A DNA stretch of 64,000 nt from Myxococcota bacterium (GTDB taxonomy: Bacteria > Myxococcota_A > SURF-8 > G963663525), in assembly GCA_963676915.2 (NCBI GenBank), contig CAXXVK010000053.1, positions 134,746 through 198,745 of the forward strand. Reading direction: 5' to 3'. Shown piece by piece: positions 1-10,533 of the stretch. The position numbers and the translations under genes were made by a program. Positions within the stretch are counted from its first letter, which is position 1. Every line of letters starts with the position of its first letter. The notes under the pieces were generated by a model. It saw only the letters and a program-made list of their open reading frames with translations, was not told the DNA's origin and did no database searches.

Positions 1-9
1 CAAGATGCG

Positions 10-1389
10 TCATGGCGTCGCCGCTTCGTCCGAAGAGCTACCCTGAGGCGCACGGCGCAGACGCAGCAGAAGCAGCAAAGCCAGTAACTCGCTGCCGTTG
101 AGCACGAGCCACATCAGCGCTCCGACCGTCGCCGGAAGGGTGAAGCAATCAGCCATCAGAACACCTACGCCGAACATCACGACCACACCCGTAATGGAAC
201 TGGCCAAGGTCGAGGAGGTTCGGCCTTCACGAACCAGAAGTCCTCGATAATACATGCGAAAAGCGACGAGCAGTGGCGTGGGAACGAACCACATCGCCAA
301 GCTCTGGCAATGATCAAGAACGTCTCCCGTCGCTCCAAGCAACGTACCGAAAACGACGGACGAGAACGGTTGAAAACCGATCAATAGGAAAACGAAGGTG
401 AAAAACAGGGCCATGATCGCCAAAAAATGAATGACAACCAACGTCTCCTGTGAACTGCGCGTGCGGGCGATGGCCATGGTCTGGCTGCTCATCAGCACCG
501 AGGACAAAAACCAAGCCACGCTACGCAACATGCTGAATGTCGCCAGCGCCGATTCGGGGTGCAGGGTGCGGCTCAACACGAGGTTGATCAGTAAACCGCT
601 GGAGGTTCCTACTAGAATGGACAGCAAAAACGGAAAGGCGAACCGAAACACGCTTCCCAGGCTGCGAACGTGCTTGCTTTCCTCGGAAGCATGTAAATCC
701 CCCAAGCGACGACGGATTTTTAGCCCGACATATAGAGTTTCGGCAATGATGGAAAACAAAAAAGCTCCAGCTCCCATCAAAGAGCCTGAAATACCGGTTG
801 CCACGCCGACGACGACCACCACTCCCATGGTCAACAGCCGTAAAAACGTACCGAATCCCACGGTCGAGGTATGACCGGTGTAACTGAACACGCCACGAAA
901 CACGCCACGCCAGGAAATCAGGATCGGAAGCGGACTGAACAGCAACAGCGACCAGCGGGCCGCTTCGGCGGATTCGGCGGAAAGGCTGAAAAGCTCCCTG
1001 AAAACATAGACCTGCAAAGGAGAGAAAACGAAGGTCAGCTCGATCAACCCAAGCGTGCCGCCGGTGATCGTCGCCACCAGCCAGACTTTTTTGAACGAAT
1101 CGATTCCTCGAATGAGAGCTACGGACGTGGTTTCGAAACCGAAGGTGAGCGAACTGAAGAAAATCGAAATCGTGAACGCCACAGCGAAAGCGGCCAGTTG
1201 CCCCACCGGGTTTTCCAGACGACTGATGCCCGAGTTGACGATGGGCGTGGAGCCGGACATCATCAGCATGGTCAGCGCCAGTGGCAGATAGTAGGACCAG
1301 GCATCAGCCAGGTTTCGAAGGGGTGCAGACCGGTCGCGTCGGGATTTTTTCGGTCGTGGCGGAATGGGTTCCAGGTCTACGCTCGTCAC
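10..1389 (-). CDS. MATE/MOP-superfamily multi-pass membrane transporter
   Basis: 459 aa with about 12 hydrophobic segments in two similar halves (YYLPLALTMLM / FAFPFLLSIL), as in MatE-like proteins. Confidence 0.7.
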   Translation of the reverse strand: MTSVDLEPIPPRPKKSRRDRSAPLRNLADAWSYYLPLALTMLMMSGSTPIVNSGISRLENPVGQLAAFAVAFTISIFFSSLTFGFETTSVALIRGIDSFKKVWLVATITGGTLGLIELTFVFSPLQVYVFRELFSLSAESAEAARWSLLLFSPLPILISWRGVFRGVFSYTGHTSTVGFGTFLRLLTMGVVVVVGVATGISGSLMGAGAFLFSIIAETLYVGLKIRRRLGDLHASEESKHVRSLGSVFRFAFPFLLSILVGTSSGLLINLVLSRTLHPESALATFSMLRSVAWFLSSVLMSSQTMAIARTRSSQETLVVIHFLAIMALFFTFVFLLIGFQPFSSVVFGTLLGATGDVLDHCQSLAMWFVPTPLLVAFRMYYRGLLVREGRTSSTLASSITGVVVMFGVGVLMADCFTLPATVGALMWLVLNGSELLALLLLLRLRRAPQGSSSDEAATP

Positions 1390-1457
1390 CGTTTTTCCTC
1401 GCAGTGCGGCTCGCGGTTCACGTTCGGTCGTTGCTCAACCTCCCGGAGTTCCGGGAC

Positions 1458-1490
1458 AAAAAAAAGGCGGCCCCTCGGGAAAGGACCGCC
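1458..1490 (-). terminator. Rho-independent terminator of secG
   Basis: Minus strand GGCGGTCCT-TTCCCG-AGGGGCCGCC followed by a T8 run, just downstream of the secG stop. Confidence 0.8.
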
Positions 1491-1515
1491 CGGATCACCT
1501 TCATTGTAGCGTTTT

Positions 1516-1938
1516 TTACTCGGTTTTCTCAACCGGTTTCGCGTCGACAGGCTCGGCCGGTTCGGCGGCGGGAGCTGCCGGTGCTTCGTCGGCTACCGCT
1601 TCAGGTTCGGCCTGTTCGACCGGCGCGGCGGCTTCGGGTTCCACATCAGGCATAGCAGGCTCTTCGACGGGGATTTCCTGCGCAGGCGCGGCGTAGTCAT
1701 CGACGATCGAACTGGTTTCACTGGACATGTAGGCCAGAATCATCGATGTCAGCATAAACGTCACAGCGGCAACGACGGTCATTTTCTGCAGGAAATTCAT
1801 TCCGCTCGACGTTCCGACGTTGGCTTGACTGGATCCACCGAAAGCTACACCCATACCCGATTTTCCGCTTTGAAGCAGAACGATCAGAATCAGAAACAGC
1901 GCAGCGGCAATAAACAGAATCGTTACCAGAGTTTGCAT
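1516..1938 (-). CDS. secG: Preprotein translocase subunit SecG with acidic Pro/Ala-rich C-terminal tail
   Basis: LILIVLLQSGKSGMGVAFGG...NFLQKMTVV signature; ATG at 1938 preceded by GGAGAGG. Confidence 0.92.
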   Translation of the reverse strand: MQTLVTILFIAAALFLILIVLLQSGKSGMGVAFGGSSQANVGTSSGMNFLQKMTVVAAVTFMLTSMILAYMSSETSSIVDDYAAPAQEIPVEEPAMPDVEPEAAAPVEQAEPEAVADEAPAAPAAEPAEPVDAKPVEKTE

Positions 1939-2395
1939 CGCAACCTCTCCAAACAATAAAGAAACCCCAAAGAGTGTGCTGTGTACCCGAAAGCGTAGCA
2001 AATGTCAACTTTTGAAACGTTGGTGGGGTATTTTTAAAAGGTAATGGTGTGAATTTTGGGGGGAAACAAGAGATAGATCAAAGGTTTTGGAACGGGTGCA
2101 GCACAAAAAACACAGCCAATGTAGAAACTCTTTCTTTGTTGTAGCGGTGAGGCTTTCGCTCGCTTTGAAACGAATGGAATGCATCACAAAATATAACAAC
2201 TTTTGCAATATCCTCTTTTTTCGTAGCGGCGAGGCGTAAGCCCGCCGTCTTTGCCTTTTCAAAGTTGCTTTTATACCTTCCAATTTCCTTTTCGGCGGGC
2301 TTGCGCCTCGCCGCTACAATCAAACCAATGAAAGCTTCAATACTATTGGGCCTATTCGCACCATTTTGTAATGCACCCAAACGAATGCGCTTGTC

Positions 2396-2424
2396 TTGAC
2401 ATTCCCCAAGCCGGGAAATAGAGT
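2396..2424 (+). promoter_or_regulatory. Putative sigma70 promoter
   Basis: TTGACA-17 nt-TAGAGT upstream of the acetoacetate-CoA ligase start. Confidence 0.55.
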
Positions 2425-2478
2425 GAAAAAAAGCGTTTATTTCACAAATTTTATCGATTCGTATGCCTGGAGGTTGCC

Positions 2479-4462
2479 GTGACTGGAACGACGTCTACCC
2501 CTGCGTTGTAAAACGCCCCTTTGGTCCCCGTCCGAAGAACGAGCCGCGAAAAGCGCCATGCGGGCGTTTCTGGAAAAGGTCAATGCTTCGTTCAAACTCG
2601 ATCTGAAGACCTACGACGATCTGTATGCCTGGTCGGTGTGAACAATATCTCGGATTTCTGGGGGGCAATTTTCGACGAGGCCCAGATCCGTACGTCGAAA
2701 TCCTACGATCGCGTGGTGGATGACCCCAATGTGATGCCGGGAACGAAATGGTTTCCCGGTGCGAAGCTGAACTTTGCCGAAAATCTCCTGCGTTTTCGCG
2801 ACGATCGGGAAGCGCTGGTGGCCTGGCGCGAAGACAAAACCGTAAAGAGGATCACCTACCGCGAACTGTACGATGAAGTCTCCCGACTGGTCAAAGCCCT
2901 GAAAAAACTAGGGATTACGCAGGGCGACCGTGTGGCGGGTTATCTTCCCAACGGAATTCACGCCGTGGTGGCGATGCTGGCAACTACCAGTCTCGGTGCC
3001 ATCTGGTCTTCCGGGTCGCCGGATTTCGGCGTGCAGGGAGCGACCGACCGCTTCGGCCAGATCGAACCCAAAGTGCTGTTTTGCACCGATAGTTATCTCT
3101 ACAACGGAAAAACATTCGGTCGCCTCGATCACGCCGCCGAAATCGCCAAGAATATCGGTAGCATCAAACATATCGTCGTTGTGCCATTCGTGGACGAACG
3201 CCCGGATCTGGGCCAGCTTCCCGAAGCGGTCCATTACAACGACCTGATCGCCGATGAAGTGGCCGGAGACATCGAGTTCGTGCAGACACCCGCCGACCAT
3301 CCCGTTTACATTCTTTATTCCTCGGGAACCACCGGCGTGCCGAAATGCATTGTGCATGGAGCCATCGGCGTTTTGTTGCAACATTATAAAGAATTGGCTT
3401 TGCATACCGGCGTGACACGCGATTCCTCCATTTTCTATTTCACGACCTGCGGTTGGATGATGTGGAACTGGCTCGTGTCATCGCTGATGCTGGGCGCACG
3501 AACGGTGCTGTTCGACGGTTCGCCGTTTTATCCCGGACCGGAAATTTTATGGGAGATGGCCCGAAAAAGAAAAGCTCACCGTCTTCGGCACGAGCGCCAA
3601 GTACCTGTCCGCACTGGAAGATTCCGGCCTGAAACCCCGTGAAAGCTTCGATCTCGGTCCATTGCAAGCGGTTTGTTCCACCGGTTCGCCACTGGCCCGC
3701 AAAAGCTTTCATTATGTTTATCGCGACATCAAGCAGGACGTACAACTCAGCTCGATTGCCGGGGGCACCGACATCATTTCCTGTTTCATGCTCGGCAACC
3801 CGATGTTGCCGGTTTACGAAGAAGAGTTGCAGTGTCGGGGACTGGGCATGAAGGTGGAAGCTTTCGACGACGAGGGCCAAGGCGTCATCGGTCGCGAGGG
3901 CGAGTTGGTTTGTACGGCTCCCGCACCGTCGATGCCGGTATTTTTCTGGAACGATCCCGACATGAAAAAATACCGGGCGGCGTATTTCGAAGTTTATCCG
4001 AATATCTGGCGGCATGGAGACTTCGTGGTCATTACCGAAACCGGTGGCGTGATCATGCACGGACGCAGCGATGCAACGTTAAATCCCGGCGGTGTACGCA
4101 TCGGTACGGCGGAAATCTACAACCAACTGGAACCCATGCCCGAAATTCTGGACAGTCTGGTCATCGGGCAGAAATGGGAGGACGACGAGCGCGTGTTGCT
4201 CTTCGTGGTCATGGCTCCCGATACGCCGTTTACGCCCGAGTTGGAAAAAACGATCCGAACTCGTATCCGCATGAACGCTTCTCCCCGGCACGTTCCGGCG
4301 AAAATCCTACCCGTCAAGGCGATCCCCTACACGAGAAACGGGAAAAAGGTGGAGGTTGCAGTCCGAAAGCTGATCCATGGCCGCCCGGTGAAAAACCGCG
4401 AGGCGCTCGCCAACCCGGAATCCCTGGACTTGTACGTGGATCTGGAAGCACTGAAATCCTGA
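2479..4462 (+). CDS. aacS: Acetoacetate--CoA ligase, split by about 3 frameshifts (near 2500, 2638 and 3561)
   Basis: PLWSPS, WFPGAKLNFAENLL, ILYSSGTTGVPKCIVH, SIAGGTDIISCF, GRSDATLNPGGVRIGTAEIY and GKKVE motifs spread over shifted frames; GGAGG RBS before GTG 2479. Confidence 0.88.
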
Positions 4463-4484
4463 TAAATTTCAGGTAGATAAAAGA

Positions 4485-4510
4485 GTAGGTCGGGTGAAAT
4501 CACCCGACCT
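4485..4510. repeat. REP-like palindrome family 1 (GTAGGTCGGGTG-AAAT-CACCCGACCT)
   Basis: Perfect 10-bp inverted repeat starting within a GTAG tetranucleotide, between convergent genes; related copy at 21246-21272, half copies at 5940-5948 and 20545-20552. Confidence 0.6.
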
Positions 4511-4581
4511 GCGGTTGACCCATCCCACCCGTATCATGGAAAATGAGCCATCCTGAAAACGGCTCGTTCACTACAGTAGCT

Positions 4582-5814
4582 TTATAAGGTCGTAAGCCGG
4601 TCAAGATTCCGGCAGGCCACCTGGAACACTCTCAAGCCCATGTTTCGCCCGTACATGCTCATGGCGTTTTCGTAGATTGCCATATCGCGTGTTTCCTCCG
4701 GCGGTGCGTGCCGGTATTCGTCGGGAAAGTGCAGATATCCTGCATAGCCGTCACATTGGGAAGCGGCTATGGTGCTGTCCACTCCGCTGCAATACGCCAT
4801 ATCTTTGAGGGCGAGTGCAATCGACACCCCCAGGTCCGCCGGTGTACCGAGCAGGCAAAAATCCCCCAGACGAAAGCCTTTCATGGTCAACTCGTCGGAC
4901 TGGCTGCCGTGAAACAGGAAATTCACGAGAAAGCGCAAAGGAAAATCAAGCAGACGCGCCAACCATTGATCTTCGAAAAACGGCCTGGAATCGCAAGGAG
5001 GCATCGCCAAAGGCTGCTGACTCCAGACGAGCTCGGCATCGGAGGTTTTGGCCCCTTTCAGGCTGCGTCTCGCCGCCTCGACGATCGGTTCCACCTGCTG
5101 GTCGAGGTTGTCTTCCACCGAAATCGGCGACTCGGGAAACCATACATCCACCCCACCTAACGCTCCTTGCACGTACATGGCGAAAGCCACATCCGTCGCT
5201 TCGAGACGCCGGACGACCTCTCCCGGAAAATCGCCGGAAACGCCCAAAGGGTCGCGCTCGGCGACGATCACGGGATGCCCCGGAAACGACACCAGCCAGC
5301 CTTCGTCTCGTTCCCGCTCGATTTTCAAACCGACGAACTGGTCGTCCACCGGGCCGTTCGGGTCGCGTCGGCTACGCGCCAGATGAGGAATGGAATCCGT
5401 TGTGGAAAACGTTTTGGCGGGTTGCAGATCGGCCACGGCTTGGCGGATCGCTTTTTCCCCATGGTGCAGCAGGTGAAGCAGCGCCCAGCGGCGATAGCGT
5501 CCCAAAGCGCGATGCCCGACCCAGCTATCGACGAACCCTCCCATCGCGGAATGGGAATGCGTCGCATGAACCACGAGTTTGATGGATAAATCCGCTACCC
5601 GGCCTTCCAACTGACGGCCTAATTCCTCGGTGATCATCAGCAGATCGAAGGCCACCAGCACCACCGTTTGCGTTCTCTGTTTCAACGCCAAAGCCCGAAC
5701 CGTCAACGGATCGCGCACATGGTCGCTCAAACGTTCGCCCAAACCGAAATACCCGGCCAGCGGGATCGGAACACTTGGCGTAAAATCGACGGAGGAAAAC
5801 CCGGCTTCCAACAT
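4582..5814 (-). CDS. Neutral/alkaline ceramidase N-terminal-domain family hydrolase
   Basis: AGFSSVDFTP..PLAGY, DPLTVRALAL, HATHSHSA, GHPV, SGDFPG and QGALG motifs. Confidence 0.75.
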   Translation of the reverse strand: MLEAGFSSVDFTPSVPIPLAGYFGLGERLSDHVRDPLTVRALALKQRTQTVVLVAFDLLMITEELGRQLEGRVADLSIKLVVHATHSHSAMGGFVDSWVGHRALGRYRRWALLHLLHHGEKAIRQAVADLQPAKTFSTTDSIPHLARSRRDPNGPVDDQFVGLKIERERDEGWLVSFPGHPVIVAERDPLGVSGDFPGEVVRRLEATDVAFAMYVQGALGGVDVWFPESPISVEDNLDQQVEPIVEAARRSLKGAKTSDAELVWSQQPLAMPPCDSRPFFEDQWLARLLDFPLRFLVNFLFHGSQSDELTMKGFRLGDFCLLGTPADLGVSIALALKDMAYCSGVDSTIAASQCDGYAGYLHFPDEYRHAPPEETRDMAIYENAMSMYGRNMGLRVFQVACRNLDRLTTL

Positions 5815-5950
5815 GTATCACCCCGATTACTTTAAGTCTTTTCATCATAGCAGCGGCATCATAAAGATACCGACCCGATGCCGAAAATCGACATGAATTC
5901 ATTGTAGCCTATGCGACGTGATTTGCAAGGAGGAGGAAGTCCCGACCTGC

Positions 5951-5978
5951 TTGACAATCGGAAAATACCATGTACGAT
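5951..5978 (+). promoter_or_regulatory. Putative sigma70 promoter
   Basis: TTGACA-16 nt-TACGAT upstream of the 6122 gene. Confidence 0.5.
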
Positions 5979-6121
5979 TCCCAGCAGAGAGATTCATTTA
6001 ACAGGAACAAGAAACAAGATTTGATCAGGGAAGCCCCGAGGAGAGGGTTCAGGTGACACGTCACCCCCCTCACCCGGTGTTGAAGTACCGATTCGCGATT
6101 TGTTTTTTTGGGGAGTACGAC

Positions 6122-7012
6122 ATGGCACGATGGATAGTGGTTTTCTGGAGCCTGTTTTTCATTTTCAGCCTGACGGGGTGTCTCGGGGACGATTCAGACG
6201 GCGAGCTTTCCGATTGGAATGGAGATCAAGAAGTAGGGGATGTGGAAAAAGACGAATTCGAAGGTAGCCAGTTGCTCGAATTGACAGGCTGTGAAGGCTT
6301 TTTCGGTGCTCCCAACGAAAAAACGGGGATTGAACAGGGACTTTGCGGTCCGGTCTGCACCTGCGAAAATGGCGAGTTTGCACCCGAATACGACGAGGCG
6401 TTCGTTGCAGCCTTGAAAGAGTGGGTGTTGCTCAATCCACCGGAAGAACTCACCGAAGATCCCTATGCCAATCCGGATGCCTACCCGCGTCGGGACGACC
6501 AATTCTGCGCGGTGATGGTCGAGGATAGAGAACAAAAAACCTACAGACTCCAAACCTTCGAAACCCTCGACGAATTGAAAAATGCAGGAGGCATTCTCAC
6601 ACATACCACCGCCTGTGCCAAGTGTTCCTCCCTCAACAGCTTAGCATTTCTCATTGAAATGCCCGATCAGACCGACCCTCTTCGCGAATGCGGACTGAAA
6701 GGACTCGGTGGGGATATTGAGCAAGTCGTTACTTGTATTGTGGAGTTGGGCTTCGAACGTCCCTGTGCGCAAGTCAATGCCTACAACATTCTAAATACCA
6801 GCGAACATTGTGGAACGATTTGTATGCAATTGCTGGCGGAGCCTTACCAAAATGAGGATGGTTCTCTCAACGAATGCATCCAATGCGACGAAGATAATGC
6901 CGGTGATATCTTCCGCGCTCTGGCAGGTCGGGCACGACGCAATGCAGGAATTCCCGCAGCGTTGTGCAGACCTTGCGAAAACATGACACATATTGTTCAT
7001 AAGTACGAATAA
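6122..7012 (+). CDS. Cys-rich lipoprotein of unknown function
   Basis: GGGAG RBS, signal peptide with lipobox LTGC, acidic linker, many Cys (THTTACAKCS, CIQCDE, GRARRNAG). Confidence 0.75.
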   Translation: MARWIVVFWSLFFIFSLTGCLGDDSDGELSDWNGDQEVGDVEKDEFEGSQLLELTGCEGFFGAPNEKTGIEQGLCGPVCTCENGEFAPEYDEAFVAALKEWVLLNPPEELTEDPYANPDAYPRRDDQFCAVMVEDREQKTYRLQTFETLDELKNAGGILTHTTACAKCSSLNSLAFLIEMPDQTDPLRECGLKGLGGDIEQVVTCIVELGFERPCAQVNAYNILNTSEHCGTICMQLLAEPYQNEDGSLNECIQCDEDNAGDIFRALAGRARRNAGIPAALCRPCENMTHIVHKYE

Positions 7013-7061
7013 GACCCGAGGTTTCACCGATTCGTTCACACCCCCCAACAAATCACAACGG

Positions 7062-7844
7062 CTACTTCTTTTTCGCCCGCGTTTTGGCTGCTTTTTTCTT
7101 GCCTTTGACGCTTTTCTTCTTCTTTTTCCTGGAGGTTTTGCTGCCGGTTACGAGTTCGTCCTCCAACTCGACTTCGACGCCTGTATCCCAGATCATTCGC
7201 CAGGACGGCATTGAAGCCCCTTCGGCCAGCCAGACCCCCAGCTCGGATTGGTGCTCGATCAGGACGAAATCCGGTTCGATGGCCAGAATCACGGTTCCCG
7301 GTGTGGGTTGATCGTCCACTTCGACCTTGATGTCATTTGCCTCGCACAGCATTCCTTTTCCGATAGATAGTATTGCGTAAGGCGTCTCGCCATCGGTTTC
7401 GATCCGTTTCAGGTGGATCTTGCCACCGATACGTCGCGGCGCTTTCCAATGGTCGTGACGATGGAGAACCATCACTTCCTCGGGGTAGCGTTTCAGACCC
7501 ATAAAGTGTCGTTTCCGGTGGTATTTCGCCCAGGCGAGCGCTTTGGGTCGGTTGTGCCACAAGGGGCAATAACTCGGATCGGGTGCTGCCGGTGCGACCT
7601 TTTGGGTAAGAGTATTTTCTTCATCTTGCGAATCGTCCGAGTTGCTCGTAATGACTCCCCAACGATCGTATTTCGGATAGGTAACGGTTTCGTTCTCGGG
7701 AGGAACCCAGTATTCTCCAGCTTCGCCGCCGGAATCTTTCCAGGCTTCGAAAGGTTTGACATCGTTTTCACCGGCCAGAGCAGGAAAAACACCGTAAAAA
7801 ATCGTGACGAACGAGAAGATGAAGATGTACCGGGATGTTTTCAT
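7062..7844 (-). CDS. Exported hypothetical protein with Lys-rich C-terminus
   Basis: 260-aa ORF with a signal-peptide-like N-terminus ending in ALA. Confidence 0.65.
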   Translation of the reverse strand: MKTSRYIFIFSFVTIFYGVFPALAGENDVKPFEAWKDSGGEAGEYWVPPENETVTYPKYDRWGVITSNSDDSQDEENTLTQKVAPAAPDPSYCPLWHNRPKALAWAKYHRKRHFMGLKRYPEEVMVLHRHDHWKAPRRIGGKIHLKRIETDGETPYAILSIGKGMLCEANDIKVEVDDQPTPGTVILAIEPDFVLIEHQSELGVWLAEGASMPSWRMIWDTGVEVELEDELVTGSKTSRKKKKKSVKGKKKAAKTRAKKK

Positions 7845-7913
7845 CGCAATCCGCCATAAAGAAAAGGGGCAGTCAGCCCCTTGAAAATAACGTGTAAAAG
7901 AGTTTCGAAACCG

Positions 7914-8492
7914 TTACAGTTTCGACTCGATCTCTTTTATCTCTTTTTTAACGCCTTTTTTCCACTCTTTGATCTTTTTAAACAATTCTTTGTAATCGTG
8001 CATCATCGGTTTGATCTGCTTTTTCTGGGATTCCAGCACGACCTGATATTTTTCGATGTCTTCCTGAATCTTTTTCTGTTTTTTACGCGGCGAGGTCCGC
8101 AAGTCGAGCACGCGTTTGTCGTATTTTCGTTGATTGGCCACGTAACTGTTGCCGAATTCGACGAGACTCATCATGGCATCGATGGTTTCGCCTTTGATTT
8201 TCATAATTTTTTCATCTTTGCATGAATCGGTGTATTTGGTTGTGCATTCTTTGATGACATCCACCGCCTGCTGGTTACGATCCGGCTCGGTGGGAAGCAT
8301 CTGCTGGTAATTCTGCAAGCCGATACGGTAACAAGTCATCAACGGCTTCATCGTTTTTTTGTAAAAATCATTGATCAGGCTGGCTTTGGCCTTGTGCATT
8401 TCCTTCAGTTCTTCTTTAGACTGAGCGAAAACCGACCCGCACCAGCACATGACCGTCATGCAAACCAACACCACGAGAACACGACGCAACAT
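7914..8492 (-). CDS. Exported coiled-coil hypothetical protein
   Basis: AAGGAGG RBS before ATG 8492; signal peptide ending in VFA-Q; K/E-rich helical sequence. Confidence 0.7.
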   Translation of the reverse strand: MLRRVLVVLVCMTVMCWCGSVFAQSKEELKEMHKAKASLINDFYKKTMKPLMTCYRIGLQNYQQMLPTEPDRNQQAVDVIKECTTKYTDSCKDEKIMKIKGETIDAMMSLVEFGNSYVANQRKYDKRVLDLRTSPRKKQKKIQEDIEKYQVVLESQKKQIKPMMHDYKELFKKIKEWKKGVKKEIKEIESKL

Positions 8493-8628
8493 GGCTTTGC
8501 CTCCTTTTTTCATTGAAACATTCCAGACACTTTTTAGAATAATATAGCTCGCCCGCCGGGTCAAGTCCGATACGACCCGGACTTACCGAATTTCCAAAGG
8601 GAAGTCACGAATTTTCGGTCTATGAAAT

Positions 8629-9768
8629 TTACTGCGCTCCTTCGTAAAATTCGCAAAAATCAGGGAATTCGGAGGGCAGACCCTCGGTGGCGTAAAGAGA
8701 ATCCTCGACTTCCCATGGATGGTCTGCGAAAAAGCGAATCGGTGCGAAATTCTGCATCGAAGCAGGAATGTCGTGACCTCCGCCATGATTGCACAAAATG
8801 ATATCATGACCCCGATCGTTGAGAAATTGCGTGTCGCTCACGGCGAATTCGCTGAATTTCAGGGAATAGCCCATGATGGGACCATAGATATCCGTCGTAT
8901 CGCCATGGGCGATGAACTGGGCGTACCGATGTTCCACGTTGTAGTCCGGCCACCCGAAAAAGCCCGACAAAAAGGCCGGTACGTCGTCCGTATTCTCGCC
9001 GTTGTTGATGTACCCGCCGGAAAACGCGACGACCGAGGCGATTTCCTCGCCACGGGCGGTCCCGAGTAAATCGCTCATGAAAGCGCCCGCCGAAAATCCC
9101 ATCGTGTGGATATGGTCCCGGTCCACGCCCCATTTCTGGTCGATGCACTCCAATACCTCGTCGTACAGGCGAAGTTCCTGGTTGGGTTCGTTGACCAACA
9201 GGTTATCCCAGTCCATACCGTACGGAGGCTGAATGTTGGTGTCTTCCGGTGTAACGCCGATATACGGCATGACTTCGTTATCGACGTAATAGCCGATAAA
9301 TGGTTCCATCTGATCGGCAGTCATACCCATGCCGTGCCAATTGAAGATCACGGGCCACGGACCACCGTTTTCCACGTTTTGAGGAAGCGAAATGATAAAC
9401 GAGCGCGTCAGGCCGTCCACGGGAAATTCGTAGTTCCAGCCATCCACGAGATTCGCACAATGCTCGTCGATCTGGATTTCCTCTTCGATCTCCGGTTCCA
9501 ACTCGGCAGGATCGTCTGCAAGGTCGTATTCCTCCGAATCGTCATCGGCCAGGTCATCTTCGGATACAGGATCGGGATCTCCCTGAGGAATCGTTGTGTC
9601 TTGGTCATTTGTGTCCCAAGGAAGGCTTTCACTGGCTTCCTCCTGGCTGTCGTCATCGCCTTGACCATCGGGGAGGCCGGATTCCTCGTCCTCGCCGAAA
9701 CAGCCGAAAGCCAGAAACATCAGTGCCAGCAACCAAACCAGTCGTCCTCGTGAATGAACGCGCTTCAT
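8629..9768 (-). CDS. Lipoprotein alpha/beta-hydrolase (LpqP/PHB-depolymerase-like esterase)
   Basis: Lipobox AFGC, long acidic linker, PVIFNWHG, nucleophile motif GFSAG, HGDTTD, HGGGH. Confidence 0.8.
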   Translation of the reverse strand: MKRVHSRGRLVWLLALMFLAFGCFGEDEESGLPDGQGDDDSQEEASESLPWDTNDQDTTIPQGDPDPVSEDDLADDDSEEYDLADDPAELEPEIEEEIQIDEHCANLVDGWNYEFPVDGLTRSFIISLPQNVENGGPWPVIFNWHGMGMTADQMEPFIGYYVDNEVMPYIGVTPEDTNIQPPYGMDWDNLLVNEPNQELRLYDEVLECIDQKWGVDRDHIHTMGFSAGAFMSDLLGTARGEEIASVVAFSGGYINNGENTDDVPAFLSGFFGWPDYNVEHRYAQFIAHGDTTDIYGPIMGYSLKFSEFAVSDTQFLNDRGHDIILCNHGGGHDIPASMQNFAPIRFFADHPWEVEDSLYATEGLPSEFPDFCEFYEGAQ

Positions 9769-10029
9769 GAATCTCTCCCGCTCGGTCCGAGACGATAGCC
9801 CCGGAAGTTGTCGTTTTCTTTGGATGAAATGTCGTCGCTCTTCCAAATGAAGAGATAGTATACCCGATTCACGTACATTTTCCAAAAGATACGATGAACG
9901 GGAAGATCCGCGATTGAATTCAAGCAGAGCACGCAAACCGTATCCCCCGATGCAGCGCCCATTGGAGACGTTGAAATGCAGTGTCCCAATAAACCACGTT
10001 TATCCCGCGCTATTCATGGAGAATCTGGA

Positions 10030-10209
10030 TAGCCCGGAAAATTTCTAAGAATCGTAGCGAGACGCAGTAAACCGACGAACTTTCACGACGTTGGAGCGAT
10101 TTTCACCCGCAGGCATACTGAACAGTCTGTCGAGGATGAAAATCGTGAAACAAGTGAAAGATCGAGAGTTTTCAAGTCGCAGTAGATTCTTCATGAATTA
10201 TCCGGGATA
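10030..10209 (+). mobile_element. ~180-bp TA-flanked MITE-like element, copy A, with partial end copies at 10001-10026 and 10261-10300
   Basis: Alignable along its length to the reverse complement of 36703-36884 (e.g. ATCGAGAGTTTTCA at 10161-10174); ends TAGCCCGG...CCGGGATA. Confidence 0.7.
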
Positions 10210-10533
10210 GGAACCACACGGGTTATTCCGCTCGTAGAAGCCATCCGAAAATACCACCATCTTCGTCGAAGTTCTTTGGTTTTCGGCGTCTTGCTACGAT
10301 CCTTATCACTCATACGGGTTCAAGCGTTTCACAAGTTGTTGGGAAGAAAATTGGCACCGTATACAATCATCACTTCTGCGGTGTCCTTTTTCTAAAAGGG
10401 TCTGAGATCACCCTTTCCGAAACTTGAAACATACGAAAATAACATTGTATTTGGTGCAGCTTGCCGTTAGGATGGATGTTTGAAATGTTCGACATTTTTC
10501 GAGGGGATGATGCGCAGTAAGAAGGTGTGACCG

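Noticed and set aside
2636-2640. TGA in the acetoacetate-CoA ligase N-terminus as selenocysteine or readthrough
   Set aside because: Similarity continues in a different frame, so it is an extra TG dinucleotide, not recoding
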